64,000 nt of DNA from Macrostomum hystrix (lineage: Eukaryota > Animalia > Platyhelminthes), in NCBI GenBank assembly GCA_950097015.1, contig CATNEN010000029.1, positions 6,634,001-6,698,000 of the forward strand, given 5' to 3'. The notes below the pieces were generated by a model. The model was not told where the DNA came from. It saw only the letters and a list, made by a program, of their open reading frames with translations, and searched no databases. Below are positions 49,706 to 64,000 of the stretch, piece by piece. Position 1 is the stretch's first letter. Every line of letters starts with the position of its first letter. The position numbers and the translations under genes were made by a program.

Positions 49706-50479
49706 GAAAATAATTAGAAGTATTCGTTTTTAATAAAAAAATATTAAAAAATGTAGGCTTTTAGAAAAGAATTTCATTGTCAAGTTTATCATCATCAATC
49801 ATTTACCAGATCCTATATTTTTAAAGAATGTGATATTGTAAAACCCCTCACCCGGCTACCTGGTGTTTACAATATTGCTACAGTTACTAATCTTCATAAA
49901 CATGCTTTTCAACAATAAGCAGTACATATGGTCTGATTTTTAACTGCGTAAATTAACAGCTTATAAAATAAAAGAGGTGTGCCAGAGTGTTTATTCCGCG
50001 AGATCTGGAATTCAACTTCGTACCAGAAATTGATTTGCGACACTCGTGGGATCAAAAATTGAATTTGTTTAACTTTAATACTGTGCTGCTATTTTCGCGG
50101 TTTTAAGCAGTCGATTTGTTTCGGGAATTAAGCTGCTTGAATTTTTAATATTTAGCGTCGAGTTTTAGATCCAGCTTTGTTTCCTTTGTCTGACAAAGTT
50201 TTATGGTGGCACTTGGCAACAAGTGGATTTGCATTTATAGTGCTCTGAAGTGTAGTTGCTGTGCCTTTCAGCAACTCCACTTGCTGAATATGATTGTGAC
50301 AGACGCGAGTTAATCAGCTCTGATTTTTGCAACCTGCTTAAAAACTATAGTCTGTCCCAGATTCTATTTAACGGGGTCAACTTCGAGTGGATGCTCGGAG
50401 GAATTCTGCCCAATATACAAAAGTTAATTATTTAATTAAACACTTGGACTGGCTTAGCTGAAGAATTTTAGTCAGACTC

Positions 50480-51500
50480 CTTTCTCTCCCCCTCTCTCCA
50501 CATCTCACCCCCTCTCTCCATATCTCACCCATCTCTCCATTTCTCACTCCCCTCTCTCCATTTCTCACTCCCTCCATTTCTCACCCCCTCTCTCCATTTC
50601 TCACTCCCCTCTCTCCATTTCTCACTCTCTCTCAATTTCTGACTCCCACTCTCAATATCTCACCCCCTCTCTCCATTTCTCATCCCCTCTCTCCATTTCT
50701 CACCCCCTCTCTCCATTTCTCATCCCCTCTCTCCATTTCTCACTACCTCCATTTCTCACTCCCCTCTCTCCATTTCTCACTCCCTCCATTTCTCACTCCC
50801 CTCTCTCCATTTCTCACTCCCTCCATTTCTCCTCTCCATTTCTCACTCCCTCCATTTCTCACTCCCCTCTCTCCATTTCTCACTCCCCTCTCTCCATTTC
50901 TCACTCTCTCTCAATTTCTGACTCCCACTCTCAATATCTCACCCCCTCTCTCCATTTCTCATCCCCTCTCTCCATTTCTCACCCCCTCTCTCCATTTCTC
51001 ATCCCCTCTCTCCATTTCTCACTCCCTCCATTTCTCACTCCCCTCTCTCCATTTCTCACTCCCTCCATTTCTCACTCCCCTCTCTCCATTTATCACTCCC
51101 TCCATTTCTCACTCCCCTCTCTCCATTTCTCACTCCCTCCATTTCTCACTCCCCTCTCTCCATTTCTCACTCCCCTCTCTCCATTTCTCACTCCCCTCTC
51201 TCCATTTCTCACTCCCCTCTCTCCATTTCTCACTCCTCTCTCTCCATTTCTCACTCCCCTCTCTCCATTTCTCACTCCCCTCTCTCTATTTCTCACCCCC
51301 TCTCTCCATTTTTCACCCCTCTCTTTCTCACCCCTCACTCTTTCTCACCCCTCTCTCTTTCTCACCCCTCTCTCCATTTCTCACTCCCTCTCTCAATTTC
51401 TCACCCCTCTCTCAATTTCTCACCCCTCTCTCAATTCCTAACCCCTCTCTCAATTCCTCACCTACTCTCTCCATTTCTTACTCCCCTGTCTGCATTTCTC
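50480..51500. repeat. 21-bp CTCCATTTCTCACTCCCCTCT array
   Basis: Visible tandem array. Confidence 0.9.
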
Positions 51501-52899
51501 ACCGCCTCTCCTCTCCTCTCTCAGGCTGTGCCGCGGACTCTATCCGCACCAGCTGCTCAATAGGAAGTAAACGGACAATAAAATCGCAGCTCTTAAGTCC
51601 GAAGTCCCTTTAATCTGAAGCCGAGGCCATAACGCCATAAGAGGAATATAACTATGCATAAATAGATGGCACGCCTTAGCGGTGCGGATAAGAAACCCCC
51701 AAAATGTGAGCTTCTTCTCATCGTCCGCTTCCTCGTTTTCCATATTTTGCCCCTTCCTGCTCTCCGGTCGTAAAAACATTTTAGGCCTTGCCTTCTGCTT
51801 CTCTCAATAATAGCTGGAGAGGAAATTATATCTCCGTTCTCCACCCAACGCGCTCTCGGCAGATCTCAGCAAAATGCAGGCAGAAATAACACACTGAGAA
51901 GGTAATTAAAGCAAATGGATTGCCAGGAGAGAATCTTTGCAGATTAGTGGAAGAAAAAATGTCTTAAACAGATAAAAAATCGCATCGCTAATTGCTTTTC
52001 AGTTTTCCCTTGCCCCCAAATCTCCGCGTTTGCCTTCTCGGCAACATCAGCCAATTTTGGCATTATTTATTCCCCCCCCGACAGCAGCCAAAGAATTGAC
52101 AATGCACACACCAACTGCCGCCTGGTCCCTCTGGTGCAGGCTTTAAGTGGGTCTCTCGGCAACTGTAGCTACAGTGGTCCCTCGTATACACAGAGATTTA
52201 TAGTCCATTTTAGGCCAAGACACTGACCAATGTCCAATAACTTCCATCTCTATATGGGAATAACTTTTTTGGAGAGAAAAAGCAACAATTTTATGATGGG
52301 ATTTGATGTGAGTTTAAGCAAGAAATCGCTGTATTATAAAACGTAGGCCCAGTATATACTTATGGTCTCAGAGGTCACCGCCTTAGCAACAAGGTGCGGG
52401 ATACTTTCGGATTCCCCTCGCTATACGTGCTGTTCAGAGTGAGCAATAATATTGCGCAACATTTCCATTATGGAGGGCGCTTCCCCCTCCGCCTCCCCCC
52501 TCCCCAACCCGCCGAAAGCCGCATAGCTTGAAGACAATTTCCATTTCTGATAATCAATAATTTTCAGCTCCGCGCACGTGCCAGTGTTCGCTTTTTGAAA
52601 CATTTTATGTCTCTCGAGTCTAATAGAGCCACGAACGCGAAAATTGTCGCCGATTCCAAATGGCGAACGAACGAAACGGGAAACTTGGTAATAAAAATGT
52701 CCCAACCCCAATAAATAGGAATGCGTGATAGAATTTTTATAAGGCTTGAGTCTCACAGTCACTCTGCGCTCATCTTTTCAATTGTTTGGCTGGTATCTCA
52801 TATCGTTCGAATGATTGTTTGTGAGAATGGGAGAAATAAAGAGAGAAAAAATTGGGATTTTGTATATTCATTCTCCATTTTAACCTACTCTGTTCTTCC

Positions 52900-53480
52900 C
52901 CTATACACTCCCCTCCTTCCCCGCATTGATCTGTTCTTCCCCTATCCTCTCCCCTCCTTCCCCGCATTGATCTGTTCTTCACCTATCCTCTCCCCTCCTT
53001 CCCCGCATTGATCTGTTCTTCCCTTATCCTCTCCCCTCCTTCCCCGCATTGATCTGTTCTTCCCTTATCCTCTCCCCTCCTTCCCCGCATTGATCTGTTC
53101 TTCACCTATCCTCTCCCCTTCTTCCCCGCATTGATCTGTTCTTCACCTATCCTCTCCCCTTCTTCCCCTATCCTCTCCCCTCCTTCCCCTATCCTCTCCC
53201 CTCCTTCCCCTATCTTCTCCCCTCCTTCCCCTATCTTCTCCCTTCCTTCCCATATCCTCTCCCCTCCTTCCCCTATCCTCTCCCTCCTTCCCCTATCCTC
53301 TCCCTCCTTCTTCTATCCTCTCCCCTCCTTCCCCTATCCTCTCCCTCCTTCTTCTATCCTCTCCCCTCCTTCCCCTATCCTCTCCACTCCTTCCAATATC
53401 TTCTCCCCTCGTTACCCGCATTGATCTGTTCTTACCCTATCCTTTCCCCTCCTTCCCAGCATTGATCTGTTTTTCCCCAA
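52900..53480. repeat. 41/21-bp CCCCGCATTGATCTGTTCTTCCCCTATCCTCTCCCCTCCTT array
   Basis: Visible tandem array. Confidence 0.9.
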
Positions 53481-53809
53481 TCTTCTCCCCTCCTTTTCGT
53501 TAGCCTTTTTCCGAAGGTCGCTCTTTTTTCCTCTAAGTCGTTTTAAACAATATTTTAATCTATTTTCCTAAAACATTTGAGCACTGGTAAAATAGTAAAA
53601 GCATCGTGTTTTAGCCAATCTTAGTGACCGCCTAAACGCAAACAAAAAGTTTTCGAACAGCGATTGCATAACATCACTGCTGCTATTTAATTCGAGTCGC
53701 CCCGAAAACAATAATTTTTTATGAATTCAATAGATCCTGTACCTTGCTATGCTCCAAGAAATGTGCGAAGCTTGCCGTCAGTTTAATATAGCGAGTATAT
53801 TCGGCTAGA

Positions 53810-54826
<1,017 letters not shown>

Positions 54827-56359
54827 TTAATTGGTGCTTACTAACAATGGATAATCAAAAAAGGGGTGGCAATTAAAACAAACTATAGATGTGCATGCAG
54901 ACATGCACACTGTAATAAAGTGACGGTACTGAAGTGCAGCAGTGCAGCTAAAGGCCGTTAACTTTAATAGGCAATTACATTTGCCAACAAACTCAGCTAC
55001 AGGATTAGCCCTCTGCCATGCTGGCAGTATTTTAATGACCCAACAAAATTATAATTCTAGACAATAAATTTGCCCAGCCTCTTTTATCCGCTCCTCATAA
55101 AAGCTTTAGTCCCAAAAATGTTGCGTGTTGTTACCTTTTTTATGGAGCGTCGTTCGCGTCAACGATCAGTGCTGCTGCGGTGGGTGCTGCGGCCAATGCT
55201 ATGCGAGTGCAGGGGGATTGCGTTGCCAATTCGCTGTTTTCCCTTATTTTTAATGAGAACTATATTGCCGAATTTTATGGAGTACCGCTGTGAGAAGATT
55301 ATATAAAGGCCTCAAAGGAACCGGCTGGTTTGGGAGGCCGACACGGCGGTGGGGTGGTTGGTAGGGCCGCTTCGGCCAAAGCCGCAGTCTCATTGGCTGG
55401 ACCGGTTGCCGCATTCTGCGGGGACCCAAACTTAGCCCCTACCCTCCTCACGGCCCTCTCAATGCTTAATCCCCTTGGATTGATCCCCCAATTATCCTTT
55501 CTCCGAGATCTTACCAAACCCATCCCCATCCAGAAATCCCCAAAAGACTTTCCTGCATACTGGACAAGGAGGAAATTGAGTCTACTCAATTTAGCAGCCC
55601 CCAATTCCCGCTAGAGATAGAGACGAAGGGAATGCGAGTCTGGGGCTGACGGTAAAAAGTTTCAGCTGAAAGTTAGGGATCAACTTTTTCAGCTCAAACT
55701 CGGCCTGGAAGGGCCAGCCGGTCTCCTGAGGGAAGTAAAAGCCGGCATTGAAGCCGTCAGTCACAACGGCAAGGAGGGAATCGCTGAACTAGTCAGAGCT
55801 CCCATGGTTCGCAGCGAGCTGTCTGTCTGTCTGTTCCGCTGCAGTCTCGACCTGGGAGAAGGAGGAGGGGAAGATAGCACCCGCCCGGAAGAGCAAGAGA
55901 GAGAGAGAGAGGGAGCGAGGCATCGGGCATTGACTTGAGAGTAGGTCGGAGGTCGTAAAAGCGGCCCTTAAAGGCCATAAACCGCATGGCATCCTGTCTT
56001 AGCCCTGAATGATTATGGCCCACCCACACATACAACACAGCTCGTATAATATGCTCACAACTCTGAGCTGTCTGTCTGTCCCCTCCTGTCACTGCTTGTG
56101 AGCAGTTTTTGAGCACACACTCGCGCAAATATTTCGTGGTATATACTCGTAGAGTGAGCAAAAGCTAGCCAAACTCAAGTGTCTTTGAAGCGGGCCTTCG
56201 CAACATATGCATAGTGCAACGCATATGCTGAATTGAATCTATCCTATAAATAGGTGATTGAAATATATACTGAACAATTAATTGTTAAAATGCTAATTCT
56301 TATTCCCATCTAAAAGAAGATGGAAAATTTATATTCTTTTTAATTTTAGGCGGTGGAGA

Positions 56360-56935
56360 AAGGAGAGAAAATAGAAGGAAGAGAAGAGAAGCAAGAGGAG
56401 AGAAGGAAGAGGAGAGAAGGAAGAGGAGAGAAGGAAGAGGAGAGAAGGAAGAGGAGAGAGGGGATAGGAGAAGGGAGAGGAGAGAGGGGATAGGAGAGAG
56501 GGGAGAGGAGAGAAGGAAGACGAGAGAGGGGATAGGAGAAGGGAGAGGAGAAGGGAGAGGAGAGAGGGGATAGGAGAAGGGAGAGGAGAGAGGGGATACG
56601 AGAAGGGAGAGGAGAGAGGGGATAGGAGAAGGGAGAGGAAAGAAGCAAGAGGAGAGAGGGGAGAGGAGAGAGGGGAGAGGAGAGAGGGGAGAGGAGAGAG
56701 GGGATAGGAGAAGGGATAGGAGAGAGGGGAGAGGAGAGAGGGGATAGGAGAAGGGAATAGGAGAGAGGGGAGAGGAGAGAAGGAAGGGGGTGAGAGGGGA
56801 GAGGAGAGGGGAGAGGGGAGGGGAGAGGAGAGAGGGGAGAGGCGAGAAGGAAGAGGAGAGAGGGGAGATGAGAGAGGGGAGAGGAGAGGGGAGAGGAGAG
56901 AAGGAAGAGGAGAGAAGGAAGAGGAGAGAAGGAAG
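56360..56935. repeat. GA-rich polypurine array
   Basis: GGAGAGAAGGAAGA / GGGATAGGAGAAGGGAGA units. Confidence 0.9.
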
Positions 56936-57999
56936 AGAAGATAGTAGCCGGTTGCCCCGATTTCAAAGGATCAGAAACAAGGATTAAAATTCACTTCCCA
57001 AAAGCACCGCATGCTGCATTGGCATCAGTTATTAACTCACGGGACAAAGCGTAATCTCTGGAATATTTTATAGTTTTTTTGTTGCAAAAAATGTCAAAAA
57101 ATTCGAACCCCCATGGAAACGAACAATTGCGGCGGTTCTGAGGGCTCTTCAATTTATGTCGCAACGCAATAAAAATCCATTTCGATATCTATATATATTC
57201 GCAAACAGTCGGCCTTAATGGAGGAGTTTGCTTCATTGGAGGAGAGAGACCGGTTGTTCTCTGTTGCGGCAGCTGACACACACACAGTCAGTGATGAAGC
57301 ATGAATCTATACCCACATATATCCATCCTTATGCCTCGCATTGAAGATGTTTTGCATTTGCAGGCACAAAAAATTGAGAGCATCTTGTTGTTGGCACCAC
57401 TCGAATTGCTGAATGGCTAAATAGGGGGTTGTTAGCGGCAGCGGCAGCAGCAGCAGGCATCAATAAAAGGCATCTGCCGTATATTGTAACTGTGATGGGC
57501 GGCAAACTTTTATTGAGGGGGGAGCCGGGTCTTAGGTCTGCAGACACTACCCTATACCATGCACTCTCATGAATTCAATTTGTGCTGATAACTGCATGAA
57601 TTAGTCCTGTGGGTGGTGGGAGCGACCTAACTTTATGACAACACATCTAATCCATTCACCTTTATTTAATGTTGATTTTCCGTCCCCGTGTATGAACACA
57701 TGAGAGTGGTGCCGCTCATAGCAACCAGGTGGAGCGGGGTTGGTAGATACGACTGGTCTCGCCTCGTCCGCGCAGCTCTAAAAGTTGAAATGCAATTTCG
57801 ATGTTGATTTACAACGTCAGTTTTTAGTTGCCGATTTCGTTTCTGCATGCAAAGGCCTCGCGAATCACCTTTGTGACAGGCGGCCTGACAGATTCGAACT
57901 GTTTTTTTTCAGCTTTCTTAAAAACAGTAAAAAATATTGTAAAAAATAATTATGCGTTTAGTGAAAAGTACATCGCAAAGAAGTAGCTTGGAAATAGAG

Positions 58000-58385
58000 T
58001 TGGTAGTAGAGTGGAAAGTAGAGCTGAAAGTAGAGTTGAAAGTAGAGTGGAAAGTAGAGTTGAAAGTAGAGTTGGAAGTAGAGTGGAAAGTAGAGTTGAA
58101 AGTAGAGCTGAAAGTAGAGTTGAAAGTAGAGTGGAAAGTAGAATTGAAAGTAGAGCTGAAAGTAGAGTTGAAAGTAGAGTTGGAAGTAGAGTGGAAAGTA
58201 GAGTTGAAAGTAGAGTTGGAAGTAGAGTGGAAAGTAGAGTTGAAAGTAGAGTTGAAAGTAGAGTTGAAAGTAGAGTTGAAAGTAGAGTTGAAAGTAGAGT
58301 GGAAAGTAGAGTTGAAAGTAGATTTGAAAGTAGAGTGGAAAGTAGAGTTGAAAGTAGAGTTGAAAGTTGAGTTGAAAGTAGATTG
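58000..58385. repeat. 12-bp AAAGTAGAGTTG array
   Basis: Visible tandem array. Confidence 0.95.
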
Positions 58386-58969
58386 TCAAGTGTGTGATAG
58401 TGAGAAGTACAGAATGAGATGTGGTGTCAAATCGAAAGCCAAATATTAGTTGACTTCATTTAGCCTGTTGCACAAAGTCGAAACACAACCTGGAGCATGA
58501 AGAAATTTTGCACACCGAAACTCATATACGATATTGCATTAGAAAATTGTAAAAAAAGATTTAACGACTATAAAAAAAACTTGTAACTAAACTAATTTCA
58601 CTGCTTTTAACTTCTCTGTTCACAATGTAGCAACTGTGTTTTGTTAGGCAGGCTTTTAAACCATACCGCAGGCGAAATTGAAGAACATAGTGACTCAATT
58701 TTCATCAATGCAAAGGTGCGCGTATGGACATTTAACGTTAAGGAAAGATTTTGAGAATTTCGGCGTCATCCGAGGGCTGCATGTAGCAAATGAAGGCTCT
58801 AAGCAGCAGGTTGATGCTCATTTTACTCCCATCGAGGCTTCTACTCAGGCCTAATTGTAAATCCAGATTTGTCCAGTCTCTGGGACAATTCTCCCTAAGC
58901 ATTATATCTTATATGCTAATTCGCTGGTAAAATGCCGCAGGCTGTTGACTGAAGAACATTTTCCGTAAC

Positions 58970-59560
58970 TCTAGGTGAGATTCTTTGTGTGAGATTTTTA
59001 TGTTAAATTTTAAGGGTAAGATTCTGGGGTGAGATTCTAAGGTGAGATTCTTTGGTTGAGATTCTAGTGTGAGATTCTAGGGTGAGATTATATGGTGAGA
59101 TTCTGGGGTGAGATTCTAAGCTGAGATTCTTTGGATGAGATTCTCGGGTGAGATTCTAAGGGTGAGATTCTAATGGTGAGATTCTTGATTTAGAATCTAG
59201 GATGATATTCAAAGGGTGAGATTTTGGGGTTAAGTTTATGGATAGGATTAAAGATTGAGACTCTAGGATGAGATTTTAGAGTGAGACTCTGGGTGATATT
59301 CTAGGGTGAGATTCTGGGGTGAGACTCTAGGGTGAGATTATATAGTGAGATTCTAGGGTCAGATTCTCAGGGTGAGATTCTCAGCTTAAGATTCTCGATT
59401 TAGAATCTAGGATGAGATTCATAGGGTGAGACTTTTAGGTCGAGATTCTGGAGTGAGATCCTTGAGTTAAATTAATGGATAGGATTAAAGAGTGAGACTC
59501 TAGGGTGAGATTCTTGGGTTGAAATCTATGGTTAAATTTTTAGAATGAGATTGTAGGGTT
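58970..59560. repeat. Degenerate GGTGAGATTCT array
   Basis: Variable 12-14-bp units. Confidence 0.8.
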
Positions 59561-60114
59561 GAGATCAGCATCATGGATCTCAGCAGTATATCCATACACG
59601 TTATTCAGTAGTTAAATTTAATCTTTCAATCGAAAAGCTACAAAGTTACAATATAGCTTGTTTCATTTCAGTTAAGAAGTCAATCCTTCAGTTTTAAGTC
59701 TAAACCAATCGTAATACATTGTTTGGATAGGATAAAATTAGTGCAACTGAATCAATGTCTTAAAATGAACTACAACAATTCATAAATAGAATAGAAACGG
59801 TGATACTTATCCGATGTTAATTTCGCAAAGTTTGTTTAGAATAAGAGTAGTACTCATTCGTATCTACGTCGACGAATTTTATTCAGAACTGTCTAGATTT
59901 GATGGTTGCTACCCGCTAGTGCGCAGCATAGCAACTTGAACATTTTATATATACTGGGTGGGCGGCAAATTCGCTTTGATGTTTCCGGCTTAATTATGAA
60001 GTGTGCCTATTAGCATGAACACCGTTGTGCCATTCGCCTGAGGATTTCTTAAATAACAGGACTGAAAAATATCTGCGATTCCTAAAATTTGCTTAATTGC
60101 TAATTGCCATTGCC

Positions 60115-61110
60115 TGATTCACACAGATACATTCACACAGACATATTCACACAGACACATTCACACAGACACATTCACACAGACACATTCACACAGACAC
60201 ATTCACACAGACACATTCACACATTCACATTCACACAGACACATTCAACCAGACACATTCACACAGACACATTCACACAGACACATTCACACAGACACAT
60301 TCACACAGACACATTCACACATTCACATTCACACAGACACATTCACACAGACACATTCACACAGACACATTCACACAGACACATTCACACAGACACATTC
60401 ACACAGACACATTCACACATTCACATTCACACATTCACATTCACACATTCACATTCACACAGACACATTCACCCAGACACATTCACACAGACACATTCAC
60501 ACAGCCACATTCACACAGCCACATTCACACATTCACATTCACACATTCACATTCATACATTCACATTCACACAGCCACATTCACACAGCCACTTTCACAC
60601 AGCCACATTCACACAGCCACATTCACACAGACACATTCCCACATTCACATTCACACATTCACATTCACACAGACACATTCACCCAGACACATTCACACAG
60701 ACACATTCACACAGCCACATTCACACAGCCACATTCACACATTCACATTCACACATTCACATTCATACATTCACATTCACACAGCCACATTCACACAGCC
60801 ACTTTCACACAGCCACATTCACACAGCCACATTCACACAGCCACATTCACACATTCACATTCACACATTCACATTCATACATTCACATTCACACAGCCAC
60901 TTTCACACAGCCACATTCACACAGCCACATTCACACAGCCACATTCACACATTCACATTCACACATTCACATTCATACATTCACATTCACACAGCCACAT
61001 TCACACAGCCACATTTCACACAGCCACATTCACAGCACATTCACACAGCCACTTTCACACATCCACATTCACACAGCCACATTCACACAGCCACATTCAC
61101 ACAGCCACAT
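60115..61110. repeat. CACATTCACACAG(A/C) array
   Basis: Visible tandem array with block duplications. Confidence 0.95.
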
Positions 61111-61729
61111 GTCGAGACTGATATATAAAGCAATTCGCAGCTGTAGGCCAAAAGAATTTGTTTCGTGAATCTTTGCCTCTGAAAACAGATAAAAGGGGAG
61201 CCAAAAACGGCCGCTAGGCGCAAAGCGAGGCTTTCGGCGGGATGAAAAAGGAGAGAAAGAGAGAGTGAAAGAGAGAGAGAGAGAGTGGGTGGTAGAGAGC
61301 AAGCAGAAGGAGAGCAATTTTATTGTTGCTCGTAAAAGTTTTATATGGCCGGCCAGCGCAAACAGAAAGGATTGTGCGAGACTGAAAAACAGAGAGGCCA
61401 AAGCAGAGACACACGGAGAAGCCGCAAAGCAGTAGTTTTCCGTGTGTTGGCCAGGCAAGTAGGTGTTCCTTTATACTAGAATGTTGGCTTTCACATTCCG
61501 AAAGTGTCGAGAATTTGGCGCCCAGTCAGTTTTTGCCAAATATTTCTAAACACTCGACTATATATCTGGGTGTTTGGCTAGAGAAAACTTTAAACACCTG
61601 TTTTCGTGATGCCTGATTGACTTTGGGGATCATGTGACCTGTTTTTACTATTTCTTTCTGTAATGAGAACATAATTTTGGAATATTTTCTACTCTAGCTG
61701 AGATGTTAGTTTAAATGGAGAGCAGGTTA

Positions 61730-62315
61730 CATGGTGTCAGGAGAGTAGATTACAGGGTGTCAGGAGAATTGATTATAGGGTGTCAGGAGAATTGGTTACA
61801 GGGTGTCAGGTGAGTAGGTTATAGGGTGTCAGTAGAGTAGGTTATAGGGTGTCAGTAGAGTAGGTTATAGGGTGTCAGGAGAATTGGTTACAGGGTGTCA
61901 GGTGAGTAGGTTATAGGGTGTCAGTAGAGTAGGTTATAGGGTGTCAGTAGAGTAGGTTATAGGGTGTCAGGAGAGTAGGTTACAGGGTGTCAGTAGAGTA
62001 GGTTATAGGATGTCAGGAGTGTAGGTTATAGGATGTCAGGAGAGTAGGTTATAGGATGTCAGGAGTGTAGGCTATAGGGTGCCAGGACTGTAGGTTATAG
62101 GATGTCAGTAGAGTAGGTTATAGGATGTCAGGAGAGTAGGTTATAGGATGTCAGTAGAGTAGGTTATAGGATGTCAGGAGTGTAGGCTATAGGGTGCCAG
62201 GACTGTAGGTTATAGGATGTCAGGAGAGTAGGTTATAGGATGTCAGGAGAGTAGGTTATAGGATGTCAGGAGAGTAGGTTATAGGATGTCAGGAGAGTAG
62301 GTTATAGGATGTCAG
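61730..62315. repeat. 23-bp GGTTATAGGRTGTCAGKAGAGTA array
   Basis: Visible tandem array. Confidence 0.95.
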
Positions 62316-62674
62316 ACTTGCGTACAGTGTTTCAGGATAGCCAGGAGTCAGGTGAAAATGTAAAACTTTTTTTTTTTCACTACGGGAAGGAAACTTATTA
62401 ACGAGCAAAAGTCACTACTGTTAGTAGAAATGCACAATCGACACAATTTAGGAAAATAAAAAACATGACTTTATACAATGGCAGACGTACGAGTATAATT
62501 TTTGTAAATCAGAAAATACTAATCCAAAGATTTTTAACCTACTGCATAAAATGGGAAAAAAGAAATGAGAACAGAAATTCTTCATTTGACGGAAGGCGAA
62601 AAGCATGCTGAAATTTACGAGTAAAGTGGAACATTATTACTGACATAACTGCATTTCTACGCATTCTGTGGTCA

Positions 62675-63000
62675 CTGGAATCTGTCACACTGCTCTGGAA
62701 TCTGCCACACTGCTCTGGAATCTGTCACACTGCTCTGGAATCTGCCACACTGCTCTGGAATCTGTCACACTGCTCTGGAATCTGCCACACTGCTCTGGAA
62801 TCTGCCACACTGCTCTGGAATCTGTCACACTGCTCTGGAATCTGTCACACTGCTCTGGAATCTGCCAAACTGCTCTGGAATCTGTCACACTGCTCTGGAA
62901 TCTGTCACACTGATCTGGAATCTGTCACACTACTCTGGAATCTGTCACACTGATCTGGAATCTGTCACACTGATCTAGAATCTGTCACACTGATCTGAAA
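62675..63000. repeat. 20-bp TCTGYCACACTGCTCTGGAA array
   Basis: Visible tandem array. Confidence 0.95.
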
Positions 63001-63684
63001 TCTTTTACGAGGCGTGCAGAAATGATTGTCTCAATACAGAGTGACTCATTGACTGCCATTGGCAAACGCTTCCACAAATGTTTCAATAGCTCAGTATGCA
63101 ATTAGCTTTAAATTAGAAAGAGCATTTTCGGAACATTTCGGTATTACAGCAAGCAGAAGGAACGAGTTAATGTAAATTCATATGCTCATAATAGTGTATT
63201 AGTACAACTTGAGATCGAATTCTGGATTAGTTGACACAACTGATTTGATTGGCTGAGAATAGTCACGCGCCTAGTGACTCACACAGTTTGTTTCTAAAAA
63301 TAGAACGTCAGCTTGCAGTTGGCACTGGCGCGCATCGACAGTCGACCCGCAGCCAATGAGGAGGCAATTCTGCCCATTCCGTTGACACCTGAGAACAGCA
63401 ATGGCGCGGATTGTAATATCAAATTAAAAATTTGGCTATCAAATAAAATAAACTAACTTTTACGATTCTTACCAATTTCCATATTATATACTACTTACGA
63501 GTACTCAAGTAGACATATTGAAGATACTTAAATATATTTTATTTGAGTTACGCGATTTTTGGTCTGCCGCTGCTGTAATACACAGCGAGTGTTATTATGA
63601 CAATAATAATTGATTGTGCGATCAGTCATTACAAGTTCAGGGATTTATATAATCATTATTGGTAAGTATCGAGTATTAAAAAAG

Positions 63685-63730
63685 GGTTGTAGCCAAGTGG
63701 TTAGAGCGTCGGACCTACGAATGGAAGTGT
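63685..63730 (+). mobile_element. Truncated tRNA-like SINE head
   Basis: TGTAGCCAAGTGGTTAGAGCGTCGGAC resembles the head of the 22.5-kb SINE (TGTAGCCTAGCGGAGCGTCGGAC). No intact B-box or acceptor stem. Confidence 0.4.
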
Positions 63731-64000
63731 CGTGTCGTTTAGAGTGACTCTTATGTTTGTTAGTTTGGAGCGAACTCGATAATATATTTGTGCATCAGTC
63801 ACATCACTTATATAGAACGCGAGATACAAGTACAACGTGCGATATTATTGAGCGGTGGCCACGTGCCACACAATAGGCATGTACATTAATAGGTCAGTGA
63901 AGAGTTAAAGGACATTGGCGGCACCGTGCCCGCCCACGCTCAGGCTATCAATGCGCCTGGCCGCGATAGACCGACGGCGCCACAGGAAGGTCGGGGGTTC

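Noticed and set aside
55330-55614. 94-aa ORF containing FPAYW as a Hox hexapeptide exon
   Set aside because: No linked homeobox, non-ATG start, and not a true YPWM motif.
61516-61526. TGGCGCCCA as an LTR retrotransposon primer-binding site
   Set aside because: Only about 9 nt match, with no LTR pair or gag/pol sequence.
63955-64000. Possible tRNA-like head at the window end (AAGGTCGGGGGTTC)
   Set aside because: Truncated by the window edge; too little sequence to call.

Overview
Eukaryotic (animal) genomic DNA, clearly lophotrochozoan because it carries a Post2-type posterior Hox gene. The compact GC-rich exons, 57-nt introns and extreme minisatellite load suggest a free-living flatworm such as Macrostomum, but that is inference. 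Roughly 40% of the window (my tally of ~29 arrays) is tandem repeat, and most long ORFs in the track are repeat artefacts. Real coding content: (1) a single-exon, highly divergent class-A 7TM receptor (15405-16778, +); (2) a tandem array of four TRPV-like ankyrin/6TM channel genes (~19954-31389, +); (3) a three-exon Post2 Hox gene (40233-34676, -) with an apparent +1 frameshift just before its conserved Trp. The TRPV-like array is the most striking structure. All four copies share an ~800-bp 5' block that is near-identical even at synonymous and intronic sites, joined to transmembrane halves that are deeply diverged and have a large hypervariable extracellular loop. The few SNPs in the shared block give mutually incompatible groupings, which points to recurrent gene conversion. 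The single 57-nt intron alternates between a spliceable allele (copies 2, 4) and a broken allele (copies 1, 3). The spacers hold tRNA-derived SINEs (one CORE-like) and a mariner remnant. No rRNA, intact tRNA or CRISPR array was found.
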